DNA of 64,000 bases. Source: Octopus sinensis (Eukaryota). Below are positions 1-13,523 of the stretch, piece after piece (position 1 is the first letter of the stretch; each line of letters starts with the position of its first letter). The notes beneath the pieces were generated by a model. It did not search any database. It saw only the letters and a list, made by a program, of their open reading frames with translations, and was not told where the DNA came from. A program made the position numbers and the translations under genes. Location of the stretch: NCBI RefSeq assembly GCF_006345805.1, contig NC_043005.1, positions 72,230,001-72,294,000 of the forward strand, read 5' to 3'.

Positions 1-1
1 G

Positions 2-243
2 AAAGGTAGAAGAGTCCAGTTTGCTGGACATTGTTGTAGAGCTGAAAACGAGGTAATTTCTACTCTTTTCCTCTTGAAACCATCTGCTCGCAATACAGAG
101 GGTGCACACTCTCCTACCCTGATGTAATCTCCAGGGATACAGGCATCCAGCAACAGGACCTCTGTCATGCTTTGATGGACTGTGAGGTCTGGCATAACAT
201 AGTAAATTCAATTGTCTCGACTACAGTCGAACAATGTTGATGA
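2..243 (+). mobile_element. 3' end of a degenerate RTE-X-like LINE ORF2 (frameshifted)
   Basis: Translates as RRVQFAGHCCRAENEVISTLFLLKP, then after a frameshift RGCTLSYPDVISRDTGIQQQDLCHALMDCEVWHNIV, ending in TGATGA. Matches the RxxFAGHC..W..GR..Y.D....DTG....L...M.DR..W C-terminal pattern of RTE-like LINEs. Confidence 0.7.
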
Positions 244-420
244 CATTGCCCAATGTGTCCTTTACCTTGCATCTGGGCTCCCAAGTGAAAAAGTAAATAG
301 TTATCTAAACAGCTCAAGAGTAACGATTGCAGGCAAATTAATGGACAGAATCAGCTGCATCTTTCTTTTCTAGTTGTGTTGTTCATTACCGCTTTACTGG
401 GAATTCAACAGAGATGACAT

Positions 421-648
421 TTAACCCTTTCATTACTGTATTTATCTTGAAATGCTCTGTGTTTCTCTCAATTAATTTTAAATGTTACAAAGAATTTAGT
501 AAAATAACTTGGTTATCACTAAGCTAGTGTTAGGAACATAAATTGCGACTAAGGTTTGGTGGAAGATTTTAATTCAAACTTATGGAAACAAGACATTTGT
601 ACTCAGAGTCAGAGCCGGTTTCAGCTGGGTTGATAACAAAAGGGTTAT
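421..648. mobile_element. piggyBac-like MITE
   Basis: Starts TTAA-CCCTTT(cattac) and ends (ataac)AAAAGGG-TTAT: terminal inverted repeats with a TTAA-like target site. Confidence 0.6.
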
Positions 649-651
649 CTA

Positions 652-871
652 AGGCAGCAAGCTGGCAAAACCGTTAGCATGCCGGGTGAAATGCGTAGCC
701 GTATTTTGTCTGCCGTTACATTCTGAGTTCAAATTCCGCCGAGGTCGACTTTGCCTTTCATCCTTTTGGGGTCGTACCAGTTACGCACTGGGGTCGATGT
801 AATTGACTTAATCCATTTGTCTGTCCTTTTTTGTCCCCTTTATGTTTAGCCCCTTGTGGGTAATAAAGAAA
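652..871 (+). mobile_element. SINE family A (tRNA-derived head; central domain resembling the Nin/Deu domain)
   Basis: Contains gagttcaaattccgccgaggtcgactttgcctttcatcctttt. The same sequence recurs at about 1944-2156, 9256-9396 and 11007-11237. Confidence 0.8.
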
Positions 872-1081
872 CACATTATGAAAGGGTTAAGCTACTCCTG
901 CTAAAGTAGAATTATGGTGTGACATAGTTAAGGAAAAATTTGCTGCTAATTCTAGCAGGTCTGTTGACTTTGTAGAGGATTTTTCATTTGTTCAAGGCTA
1001 ATAGCAGTTTCACACTGGCAAGAGTAATTGCAGCAGTGAATGCAATATACTTCACTATTATGACAATCTAGTTGAACTCAC

Positions 1082-1129
1082 TTGTGTTTTAGGTTGTGAT
1101 CTCAACATTGCCAATGAAAAGTTCTCCAT
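1082..1129 (-). other. Candidate 48-nt exon of an unidentified minus-strand gene
   Basis: tttatttcag|ATG...CAA|gtgagt splice signals; phase-0 frame is open (MENFSLAMLRSQPKTQ). No homology recognised. Confidence 0.3.
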
Positions 1130-1821
1130 CTGAAATAAATTTTAATGGTTTGCCACCTTTCTTCACACTGAGCAATCAATTTATCTGTGTTAGATTAATT
1201 TACTATGCTGTATAATAATAATTTTTGTGTCAGAACATCAATACTCTTTCCATGTTTAGAGCTTTCATTCATAAAGCATGCGCCTCTGCAAATTTCTTCT
1301 TATTTTCACATTTTAAACAAAAGCCATTTTAACATAAATACACAATTTGTTGGTTTCAATTGTTTTACAATTTGTCATATTTATATAACTTTGAGTATAA
1401 AATATAGCAACAACAAACATTAAAATAAAACAGTTTCTTTTGTTTCAATTAAGTGTATACCTAAGGGTAGAAATGGTATTTGTGTTTATATTGTATTTTT
1501 GTACATTAATTTATGTAGAGTTCCAAACAAACAAGGGGGAAAAAAATGATGAAAAAATTTCATGCTATGTTTTTAGTTGATACTTTAAACAAGTGTGCTC
1601 AAGGTGAGCTGTATTATATCAGTGTTGTTAAATAAGCGTCAATAATTTATGCGTCCATTTTAGTGTTTCTTGCTTTCTTTTTTTTTTAATTTGATTTTAG
1701 TGTTTAAAATGCGTTCACACTCAAAATATAAAAATAGAATAGATAATAATATGTTAAATAAAGCCATAAAATTACAAGTTGCTCTCTTTGTGTTATCCAA
1801 GACAATCAAGACAATATTCTT

Positions 1822-2290
1822 TTATTCTTTTACTTGTTTCAGTCATTTGACTGTGGCCATGCTGGAGCACCACCTTGAGGGGTTTTTAGTTGAACAAATC
1901 GACCCTAGGATTTATTCTTTGTAAGCCTAGTACTTATTCTTACTTCTTTATTGCCCACAAGGGGCTAAACATAGAGGGGACAAACAAGGACAGACAAAGT
2001 GATTGAGTTGATTACATCGACCCCAGTGTGTAACTGGCACTTAAATTATCATCCCCGAAAGGATGAAAGGCAAAGTCGACCCCGGGGGAATTTGAATTCA
2101 GAACGTAACAGGAGACTTCGTCTGGCATGCTAATGTCTCTGCCAGCTCACCGCCTTTAAGCCTAGTACTTATTCTATCGGTCTCTTTTGCTAAACCACTA
2201 AGTTACGGGGACATAAATACACCAACACCACTTGTCAAATGATTTTGGGTGGGTGAGGAGACAAACACAGACACAAACATACAAATATAT
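1822..2290 (-). mobile_element. SINE family B partial copy, interrupted by a family A SINE
   Basis: Family B 3' sequence (gtttcagtcatttgactgtggccatgctggagcacc) is split at a 19-bp duplication TAAGCCTAGTACTTATTCT (1922-1940 and 2157-2175). Confidence 0.8.
1941..2156 (-). mobile_element. SINE family A nested in SINE B with a 19-bp TSD
   Basis: Reverse complement of the family A consensus, flanked by an exact 19-bp direct repeat. Confidence 0.85.
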
Positions 2291-2296
2291 ACATAT

Positions 2297-2338
<42 letters not shown>

Positions 2339-3383
2339 ACAAAATAATTGATATTTATATGAATTTAGCTACTTAAGTTGAGGCACCAAAAATTAGTGTG
2401 GAATTATCTGTACAGTTTCAAATAAGGTGAATAAAATCAAAATAAGCAACAGGATATCCAGAGGTGACACAGTGCAATTGTTTCAAGTGACTCCATTTAA
2501 TTGAATAATGCAATCATTACATCTATTTAAATTCAGCTGCATAAATAAATAAATAAAGAAATATATAAATGAATAAATAGAATTTATTTAATCAATTGGA
2601 TACATTTGTATAATTTTACCTAAATCTTCTCAGAGGGTAAGAAGACAAAGTCCATGCTGTATTCACTTCAGCTTAGAAGCTACTAAGACTTCAGGAAAAA
2701 AAAAACTTGCTAGAGTTTTAGCTTGTCACTGATTTTTGTGTCAGTTTTCATTTATAGTCTTGTTTATCAAATCTTTGTATATCAAAATCTAAGACCAATG
2801 AGCATTGTCTGTTAGGAAAGGGCCTGAGGGATTTGACAGAATCATAGTGGGCATTGTCATAAAACTTGTCAAGATTAGTTTGAAGCAGTAATAAAGTAAC
2901 TGTCTATAATGAGGCATGGTAAAGGAAGAACTTAAATCAGGATATTAGTTATCAGTTAAAGGGGCAAGACTCTAATAAAACCAATGATGATAATACAGGG
3001 GAAATTTTCTCATGGGGTACTATAGTTGAATGATTTAAACAATATTGTTATATTGTATAAAGATAAAATTTAGGGTTATCAAGAAAATATTAAGAATATC
3101 ATAACCAAAAGGATAAATCTTTGAATTCTTTTGGGTATATAGCAAAATTTACACTTGTTTAAAGTATATGTATATCATAAAAACAAAAGCAAAGATCACA
3201 TATTTTATTGGTGCCTTCTCTTCTCAGAGAATCAAGCTTTATATTTTTCTGAAGTTGTCAACTTGCATCCATACAAGAGAAAAATTAATGGCATTGAACT
3301 CAATGGTTTTAGAAAAACATGGCATCAACCTTTCTTCAAACCTGTACCAAAATCTTCATTATCATTATTTAAAATCTACTTTC

Positions 3384-3540
3384 CATGCTGGCATGGGTTG
3401 AACAGTTTGACAAGAACTGGCAAACTAGAGGGCTATGCCGAGCTCTACTGTCTGTTTTGGCATGGTTTCTCTGGTTGGATGTCCTGCCTAACACCAACCA
3501 CTTTACAGAGTATGCTGGGGTACCTTTTGTGTGGTACCTG
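3384..3540 (-). mobile_element. Degenerate RTE LINE 3' tail fragment
   Basis: Reverse-complement similarity to the 38200-38340 tail (ccatgctggcatgggtt...ggatgtcctgcctaacaccaaccac). Confidence 0.6.
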
Positions 3541-4129
3541 CTCCAGCTGGATCATCAAGCACCTTGCAAGTTAGGACAAAGTCCCCTCAATTGGGGACTA
3601 ATATTGAGGGAGGTGGTCTTGAGCCAGGTAACGAGATGTTAAAAGAATAATTGAGAGTTAGAGATAGGTGTCTTACTGTAGAAGGGATACAAGGGTATCT
3701 CAATTGGATAAAAAGCAAGAGAAGAAAATTTAAAGAGAAAGGTAGTAGATGGTGATAGAGGAAGAGGGGGGGTGGATATGACAGGACATACCCTCGGAGC
3801 AACACAAACATACACACACATACATGAACATGCATATATATAATTTCCTTCTTCTGTTCTTGCCATATCTAACTTATAAGTTAGCTTCTGTTTATATATT
3901 TCTGTAGTTCCCAAAAGGCAAAAATGTTTTTAAAAATTATATATTGTTAAAGTAACAATTATAGATTAGATATGTGTGTTTGTCTATGTGAGTGTGTGAG
4001 TGTGTGTCTGTGTGCGTGCGTGTGTGTGTGTTTGTGTGTGTAATATCAGGGATGAGGTGCCTATAATATAATCAAACACAAGGTATATATAGTCACTGAA
4101 GATGCTACATATATAACTAAGGAAGAGAT

Positions 4130-4163
<34 letters not shown>

Positions 4164-4166
<3 letters not shown>

Positions 4167-4366
4167 ACCACCTGTGTATCGTTGGCGATTTTCTTTCTCT
4201 ATCTTCCCTTCCTTGGACCTTTTCTTTTTCTATGTTTCTGACGAAAAGCTTCGCTCAAAATGTTAAATCCTCCTTCTTTCTTTCCTTTCCTGAGTGTCCA
4301 ATAACATTATACTTGTTCCACGTCCTCGCATTGTTGCATTTTCTCTTTGTGTTTTCATGTTTGGAT

Positions 4367-4370
<4 letters not shown>
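4164..4370 (+). mobile_element. Penelope-like short element, family P2, with degenerate minimal HHR
   Basis: gttt-CTGACGA-aaagcttcgctc-AAAATGTT-aaat; ends tttggattaac; flanked by (TA)n on both sides; homologous to 35715, 53572 and 56660. Confidence 0.6.
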
Positions 4371-4440
<70 letters not shown>

Positions 4441-7400
4441 TATGATGCTGATGATGTGCGTGTGTGTGTCTTGTGTTGAAGAGAATTTACCCTCAGTATA
4501 TTGGTATTACTCATCTTAGTAAAACATTTGCCAAAGTCAATTTTGGTGGCATTGGAATTTTAGAAGTGGTACCAAACTATAAGCAAGTCTCTTAGACTGG
4601 TCACCTCCACTATTCACTTTTCATGTAATATTAAATATATAATTAAGTGCGCTGCTCTCAAAAATTACAATTTTCTCAATAGTTTTTAGCCTCAAGCTAT
4701 TTTACAGACGCTTATTTTCATGTTTCATATACTTGTTTAATTCAGTGTAATATTGATTTACTTCAATATAAACCAGTGTTTTTCATTTTGGATAGTGTAA
4801 CATATAACATAATATGATTGATATAACATCAACAAAGCTAATGATAGAAATTTGTTGCAATTACGTGTTTAATATTTTCATATATCATATATCTACCTTT
4901 AGGCTTATTTAAGTAACAATAAACTTAGGAAACTTTATAACAATAACTTTTTATATGTTTACAGGCAGAAGTCAACTACATATAATTTACTTTTCCAAAG
5001 GATATTCCAATATATTTTTGTAATATTCTATGTGTATTTCTTCAGCAGTCTTATAACCATCGTGGCATTTGGTCTATTTTGGGAGGATCAGTCTTATGCG
5101 TATTTATTCTTGTCTTTTACAAAACTAACATAAAATGCTTTTCCAAAAACAGAATCTAATAAGGAAAAATATTAATAAAAAAATATATCACATTCTTGAA
5201 GGGAGAATTTTGTTTCTAGTTAGAATTTACTGGAAAATAAACCAACCTTCCAGAAGATTCCAGTGCATTATCAATGTCAAAATAATGTAAGTCAATAAGA
5301 TTTTCCTAAATCTTTATGATTTTTACACTTCAATTCAAATTCTGTTCCAAATGCTAAAAAAGCCATTCCATTTCTGTTCATGGCATGCTATGAAATTATC
5401 TAAGTGTAAGGAATGAATTCCTGTTGCCTTCTCCAATTAGATCTGCATTCTAGGATTTCTAGGGAAGAGAGGTAAATGGACATTAGAAATATAATGGAAA
5501 TCAAAATTGTTTCTTCAAACAGAACTCAAAACCGGGTTAACTCAGTTTTTCCAGGCACAGGAAAAGATTTCAGCTTAAAAGGAATCCTAACATATATGGT
5601 TTGAATGTGTATGAATCTATTTGCCCGAAAATTCTATATTAGATTTTCATATTCACATTTTGGTTTTGTTGAGTACTAGCCCCGTGGGTAAACTCAAACT
5701 TGTTCAACCATTCAGAATTCAATATTACCAAACAAAAAAATATATATTGCAAATAAACAAATGCATCCATTCTGTTCATTGTTCACTACAATAATATAGA
5801 ATTAATCCCTGTGACAATATACTAAATAGTGTTAAAGGGGTTCCATTGAAGCAGTGGTTTTTCATGTAGGTCCACATTCTGAATGAAATGCAGGTTGCTC
5901 AACCAAACTCCATTCACAGTGTAGTCCTCATGGTCAAATTCTCTCCTAAAGTTTCAAATCTCAATTTAGTTTGAGCCATAGCTATTCTACTAATTAAGCT
6001 CAAACTGTTGCATGGAAATTATTTGTGGCAACCAAATCATAACATTGTAGGAAAAACTGCTAACTTACCCTCTCCTATCAGCTGCTCTTTAATTCCCTCC
6101 GTTTCTTTCTTTTTCTTCGTTTCCTTGGTGAGGGAGTTATGGGGCTTTCTTCAATGATTTGACCTTTTATACATTTAATGTTTTTTTTTGTTTCTTCCTG
6201 TAAAACTGTGTTTTATAAATTGAAAGTTTTGTGCAGTTGAAATAATATCAAATAAAGTTGTGGCTCTACATTCTATAAAAAAAAAGAATTAATCCAATGA
6301 TGCTTACTTCTGGGAGGTTGCTATGTCACTGTGAACTTTCATCCACTTGTCAGAAGTGTTGTCTTACCTTTCAAGTTTCAAGCTGATTATTATCCTCCAG
6401 TCCTCACCCTCCCCACCGAATTCAGCATCTTTGGAACTCGTTATGTATGAGCTCTCTTCAACAAGTAAAACTATGGAAATTTATATTAAATATCAATCAA
6501 CAACCGTAGCTTCATACAGTCATACTGATATCCATGTTCAAGAGGGTTTATTTGCAAAAAGGTCACTGATGCTTCACCTCCTCTTCAGATTAACAAATGA
6601 AGTGTATGTGTGAGAAGTAGAGAGGGGAAATCTATATGTGCACATATGACAGTGTGAGACTGACACACATGCACACAAGACTACTTATTCATACTTCTAA
6701 ATGAAAGAGGATGCACGCACTTCAGTTTCTCCCAGTTAATGTTTAAGATGAATTCAGTTTCAAAGAATTTATGGTAAGATATATAATAAACACTAATTTT
6801 TTTTCTGCTTCTATGCAAAAAAAAAAAAAAAAAATTCAATTGCCTTTCTTTTCAATTATATTGTTGAAAATTTTACTTGGGCATTTCTTGGAAGTTTATA
6901 CTGGCTTATTTTTCAGTAAAATAATTAGTAAATGAAGAGGAGGTAAAAAAAGTAAATTTGAAACATTATTTTCAAAGCTTGCGCTGTTAAGTTAGCAGAT
7001 CTTTTGAAGCCAGAGCATATCAATTAATTTTAAAGTATTTCCCCATAAAAAAAAAGACTTTGGCATGATTTATAGAACTGCCAAGTTGTCAAGTCATTTA
7101 TTGTTTTGCAGCAAGATTTATAGTTACATGAAATTTCATGTTGGTAATAAACATAAGAAGAATGAATTGTGTCATGGCTAACCAGTGATGAGAAGAAACA
7201 AAAATAGAAAAAAAATAACAATAATAATAATAATAGTAAAAACAATGGTATTCATTCTCTTTCTTTCTAAATGGGCACATATTTTTTTGCAACATTGTAT
7301 GATATGGTGAACTGCTACATCAAGTGAGTGTTGTGATCTAGATGAAACTGTTATTATTTGTTTCACTTTGTGAATGCAGTGATTATATCTGTTTATGCTT

Positions 7401-7720
7401 TGAGTTCAGATCTTATCATGATTGAATTTACCTTTCCTTCTTTTGAGCTCATTAAAATAACTATCATATTATTCAAGTACTTGGTCACTTTAATGGATTG
7501 TACTCTTTCTCACAACTCTTAGACTTGTATCAAGTTAGACTTTATCATCGTTATTGATATCATTGACACTAATATTTCATATTATTGTATGTATACATAC
7601 ATCAGTAAATCATAAATCCAAAAGAGAAACACACTCTAAGATATGGAGAGGCCATAACTATCATTATTTACACACATACCAGTCTCTCATAGGATTAACT
7701 TCCCAGTTATTGTTGGAACT

Positions 7721-8022
7721 GTGGAGTGGCAATGGCCCAATGGTTAGGGCAGCAGACACACGGTCGGAGGATCATGGTTTCGATTCCCAGACCAGGTGTT
7801 GTGTGTGTTTATTGAGAAAAAACACCTAAAAGCTCTACAAGGCTCCGGCAGGGCGTAATGGCGATTCCTGTTGTACTCTTTCGCCATGACTTTCTCTCAC
7901 TCTCTCTTCCTGCTTCTTGAGTAACGCTGCGATGGACTGACATCCCATCCAGCTGAGGGGAACACATATGCCACAGAAACTGGGAAATCAGGCCCATGAG
8001 CCTGGCTAGGCTTGAAAAGGAC
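7721..8022 (+). mobile_element. SINE family C (tRNA head; core with gcgatggactg...catccagc)
   Basis: A/B-box-like head (tggcccaatggttagggc...ggtttcgattccc). Homologous copies at about 47300, 52133, 55597 and 59500. Confidence 0.8.
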
Positions 8023-8637
8023 GACAATGAAGAAATTGTTGGGACTGATTTACACCTGAGTGGACTGAAATAGTTTAAAGATGAGGTATTTTTGCTCAAG
8101 AACACAATGCACTGCTAGGTCTAGGCATTGAAACTGCAATTTTATGGTCATGAATGTAACATCCCAACCACATGGCCATGTGCATTAGACAGAATCATTA
8201 GTGTCAGAAAAAATGCTATTAATATTTCTTCTGGTTTTTTACATCCTGTGTTCAAATTTCACTTAAGTTAACTTTGCCTTCCATCCCACAGGAGTTGATA
8301 AAATAAGGTATATTCAAAGTTACTGAATGAATGTTTTGAAAGGCATCAAATGCCTTCTATGCAAGCATTTAGAAACCAGTTCAGAATTCTTGTCTGAGGA
8401 AAAATCATGAGAAAATAAAATTGATATACTTCTGAGGTACATAAAATACAATTTTTTTTCTAGACTTCTTACATGATGATTTTGTATTGTTTGGTTGTTG
8501 TTTTTTTTTTTACAACCATGTTACCTTATACTCTGAGTATAAGTATGTGTTTAGACCAACTTCACCTTATATCTTTCCAGAGAAGGCAAAATAGGTACCT
8601 GACATTTTTTGTGACTTAATCTCATGCCTGTGTAAGA

Positions 8638-8709
<72 letters not shown>
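8638..8709. repeat. Compound (TAC)n(TAA)n microsatellite
   Basis: Seen directly. Confidence 0.95.
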
Positions 8710-8710
<1 letters not shown>

Positions 8711-8777
8711 CCGATTAACAGTTTGTGAAGATTTTTTTTCTGCTTTAATAAAATAGTATATTACTCTGCCTTTGAAG

Positions 8778-9037
8778 TTAAAGGTAAAGTTACTTTCTCG
8801 AGTCATACAGATTCATAAGGACCAGCTTCCTGGTTTCCATGGCATATAAATTCCTCACCTGGATGGGACACCAGTCCATCACAGGATTACTCATTTTTGC
8901 CAGCTGAGTGAACTGAAGCAACATGAAATGAAGTGTTTTGCTCAAGATCATAACATATCACTCAATCCAGGAATTGAAACCACAATCTTAACGATCATGA
9001 GTCCAACACCCTAACCACTAAACCACATGCATCCACA
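8778..9037 (-). mobile_element. tRNA-derived SINE, family C-related (Meta-like core), degenerate
   Basis: Reverse complement has a tRNA-like head and tgtgatcttgagcaaaacacttcatttcatgttgcttcagttcactcagctg, similar to 27016-27360. Confidence 0.65.
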
Positions 9038-9591
9038 GACTCTGCCTTTGGTATTCAAGTATCATTTTTCCTCACCTTGTTTTGCACCTTTGTACTTACT
9101 TGTGCATATGTGTGTGTGTGTGTTTATGGGGGTGAGTTCAGGTTTTCTTGTCTCGATATCTTTTGATGGTTGCAAATGAGTCTCACCATTATGCAAGCGG
9201 CGTGCTTCACTTCTAAATGTCTGTGTAAACATGTGCATCCATGGGGAAATATTTATTTCTTTGTCGCCCACTGGGGGGCTAAACTTAGAGGGGACAAACA
9301 AGGACAGACAAAGGGATTAAGTCGATTACATAAACCCCAGTGTGTAACTGGTACCTATTTAATTGACCCCGAAAGGATGAAAGGCAAAGTCGACCTTACT
9401 TGGAAACAGTTGAGAGTTGGTGACAGGATGAGCATCCAGCCATAAAAAAATATGCCTCAACAAAGTCCGACCAACCCATGCAAGCATGGTAAAGTGAACA
9501 TTAAAAACGATGGTGTATGCATGTGTACTAAGGATACTAGGTGAAGAAGCGGCATAATCATTAGAGCATTAGAAATATCTGCTATGTCGTA

Positions 9592-9808
9592 TTTACTCTT
9601 TTTATTTGTTTCAGTCATTTGACTGTGGCCATGCTGGAGCACAACCTTTAGTCGAACGAATTGACCCCAAGACTTATTCTTTGTAAGCTGAGTACTTGTT
9701 CTATCGGTCTCTTTTGCCAAACTGCTAAGTGACAGGGACGTAAACACACCACCATCGGTTGTCAAGTGATGTTGGGAGGACAAACATACACACACAAATA
9801 TATACACA

Positions 9809-9854
<46 letters not shown>

Positions 9855-10030
9855 CACATATATACGATGGGCTTCTTTCAGTTTCCATCTACTGAATCCA
9901 CTCACAAGGCTTTGGTTAGCCAGAGGCTATAGTAGAAGATACTTGCCAATGGTGACATGCAGTGGGACTGAACCCGGGACCATATGGTTTGTCAGCAAGC
10001 TACTTACCACACAGTTACTCCTACACCTAT
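9592..10030 (-). mobile_element. SINE family B (tRNA-like head, internal (TA)/(CA) microsatellite, gtaaaagag tail)
   Basis: Full-length reverse-complement match to the copies at 43608, 58290 and 62868. Confidence 0.85.
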
Positions 10031-11006
10031 TTGTTCTCAGTCTTTATGTTCTGAGTTCAAATCCTGCCTAGTTCAAATCTTTGCCATCAATCCTTTTAGG
10101 AGCTGATATAATAATGTAATAAAGTTCCAGTCAAATGCTGAGATCAATGGTAATTTCTTTGAAATTACTGGTCTTGTGCCTAAATTAGAAACCTTTATTT
10201 TTTTCTAAGAAAAAAAAACAACAACACAAAGCATGGTTTGTTAGACATTTGACAAGCCACTTGTCATAATATATATGAATTGCTTCAGAAAAAATAAAAC
10301 ACTGACAGCAGAACATGTGCCAGCTGGGTTGCACACACTTCAAAATGCCAGGTAAATGAATAATAAGTTAATATTAATCAGTAGAGTGTCAGAGAAAACA
10401 CCTTATGGTTTTTAAAACACATTGTTATAGGGTCAAAAACGTAAGTGCCAGTCAAGAAATGCAGGCCAATTTTAAATCAAGTGTTTATGTTGCTGCAATT
10501 TGTGCTTAGGCTAAAAGACAATTTCACGATCATTTTTGTCATTGTGTTGTGAAAAGCAATATATCTCTTGATTCATTCATGAACGCCACTTAACATTTCC
10601 TCCAAACTATAAATTAGTCTACTTTTGAAATGATCGAGAATAAAATATTGCAGCAGAAGAAAAGAGAAAAAAACAAAAAAAAAACAAAAAAAAGACAGAC
10701 TGAAACTGACTGTTTCCAGTATTCTTTATGTTATATATTTCTCTCTCTCTCTCTCTCTATCTCTCTCTTGGTCTTTCTATCTCTACCTTTCTCCTTCCCC
10801 ACTTTCCCTCTCTCCTGCTATAAAAAATATGATAATCAGTATCTTCTAAGACTAAAGTATGCATTAACCTCACTGCCATCATTATCATCATCTTCATCGT
10901 CATCATCATCACCAGCATCATCATTATTCTTGCTGCTAGAGCACTGGTTTGGCAGAGTTGTTAGAGTGTTGGACAAAAAGGCTTATAGTAGATCTTTACT
11001 TATGGA

Positions 11007-11237
11007 AGGTGGTGAGCTGGCAGAAACGTTAGCCCACCAGGCGAAATACTTAGTGGTATTTCATCTGCCGCTACATTCTGAGTTCAAATTCCACCGAGGT
11101 CGACTTTGCCTTTCATCCTTTTGGGGTCAATTAAATAAGTACCAGTTACGCACTGGGGGCGATATAATCGACTTAATCCGTTTGTCTGTCCTTGTTTGTC
11201 CTCTGTGTTTAGCCCCTTGTGGGTAGTAAAGAAATAG
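11007..11237 (+). mobile_element. SINE family A
   Basis: ggtgagctggcagaaacgttag...gaggtcgactttgcctttcatcc...agccccttgtggg. Confidence 0.85.
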
Positions 11238-11765
11238 GTCTTATGGTACATTTTAGGTTCAAATCCTACAGAGAACAGATAAGGTGCTCAAAGCCTGCAG
11301 TTGCTATGAAATTTTTGTAGTATTTTTCTATATAAGATATTCATAATAATATACCTTCATACTGAGTGCAGAAAATTCTCCACTAAGAAGCTGCTGTTAT
11401 GTGTAATCTTAGCTAATTAAGTCTTCTAATTTTAAAGGATTCAGTTACCATCTCACTTTGGTGTCGTGGCTAGTAGAGATATGTGGCTCAGAGAAAATGT
11501 GATGTTTAAGTACTGCAAGTTATCTCATATCTTTTTTTACATTTTCTCTATTTGATATGATATATAAATATGTTAAAATCTTAAAGGAGTCGAATTGCAA
11601 TGATCATTTGGACGTTGACTGATGAAGAATTAGCTATGAATTTTCTGTTTGCTATGTTTTTGTATAATTTTTCATTTGTTGTGTTTTTGTTAAATTTTTG
11701 AAATATGTATATGCTTACATATATAAACATATACATATTTACATATATACATGTATATATATATA

Positions 11766-11808
<43 letters not shown>

Positions 11809-12570
11809 GTATATATATATAAACGGCAGGATGTGTGTGTATGTATGTGAATGTACTTTATGCACGTCCACAAATTAGCATGCATGTCACTCCAATTTTA
11901 GGACATTGGTCACAACAATGGCTGTACTTTTGTCAACTTATTTTTCCTGAGGCACCCCTGGATAGCGGTAGAATAGCTTTTCAACCATAACTTTTACCAA
12001 TTTTCATGCCGGTGAAATCCGTAAGTTTGCTAACATGAGTTAAGTCCCCTGTCTTACAGATTAATTCACCCTACTACAATGTCTCCAAAAAAAATTAGAT
12101 TTGGACTACCTAAGCAATCTCAGCCTAGGAAAAGGGAAAGAGCTGAAGAGACAGACTATCAGCAGACCCATTAGTAAAATATTATAACTTTTTGGGCCGA
12201 AACCTGGCAATAAGAGCTTGCGGATATGCCACTACAAAACATTCAATAATATCGAAGCAGTAACTTTCATAAATCAGGGTATAATTTTTGAAAACTCTTT
12301 CTGAACCAGTCAACGATGGGTATTTCTGCTAGTATATATATTTATAATGGTCCTGTCACTAGGAAATGCTAGGAGTTCACTTCCCTGCTCACAATTATAT
12401 CTGATGCAGCTGTGCATCGTTAACTAGCTAGAGGAGATGTCCCCTTGGGGTTAAAAAATCTTAGTAGAGTCCACTAGAAAGGACAGTCATACTAAAGTGG
12501 CTACAAATATCACTTGTCAGTACAACTACTGTGTTGATCTCTTAGAGAGATTTTAGAACTAGTATTTTTG

Positions 12571-12603
<33 letters not shown>

Positions 12604-12604
<1 letters not shown>

Positions 12605-12990
12605 TGCAGGAGTGGCTGTGTGGTAAGAAGCTTGCTTCCCAACCACATGGTTCAGAGTTCAGTCCCCTTTTTGGCATCTTGGACAAGAGTCTTCTACTAT
12701 GACCTCGGTCCAGCCAAAGACTTGTGAGTAGATTTTGTAGACGGAAACTGAATGAATCCCATCATATATATGTGTTTGTCTCCCCACCACAACCACTTTG
12801 TAACTGATACTGGTGTGTTTATGTCCCCATAACTTGGCAGTTCAGCAAAGAGATTGATAGAATAAGTAGCAGATTTTAAAAAGAATAAGCACTTGAGTTG
12901 ATACATTCGACTCAAAATTCTTCAAGGCAGTGCCCCAGCATGGTCGCAGTCTTATGAGTGAAACAAATAAAAAATAGATAAAAGATAAAA
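12604..12990 (+). mobile_element. SINE family B
   Basis: ggagtggctgtgtggtaag head; tail ends aaaagataaaaga. Confidence 0.8.
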
Positions 12991-13245
12991 GATATACATA
13001 CATACATATATATATATATACATATATAATTATTTATATGTACATATGTATATACTGAGAGAGAGAAAGAGCCATGCACTGGCATGGCTATATTTTTAAG
13101 AAGTTTACTTCACAATCAATTTGTAACACCTTGGGTGAATATTTTCAATTTAGCTTCAGGTCAACCAATGCATTGTGAGTAAAATTTGATAGTTGCAAAT
13201 TGTTTGAAGTCTTGTGTGTGTGTGTGTGTGTGTGTGATTGTGATT

Positions 13246-13282
<37 letters not shown>

Positions 13283-13399
13283 ACTGTGTGAATGAGAGCA
13301 ATAATGGAGACAGTGTTTACATCTCAAATAATCAAAAACCCCATAGCTCACCATGGAAAAAGTGGATGTAAAATAACTATGGCTTATGTTAGAGTGTGC

Positions 13400-13491
13400 A
13401 TACACACACACACATGCATCATCATTATCATTACATACATGTGTGCGTGTGCATATGTATGTGTATGTATGTATGTATGTGTGTGTGTATA

Positions 13492-13523
<32 letters not shown>

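Noticed and set aside
10630-11226. 198-aa ORF
   Set aside because: It runs through an A-tract, (CT)n, (TCA)n and a SINE A copy, with no protein-like composition.
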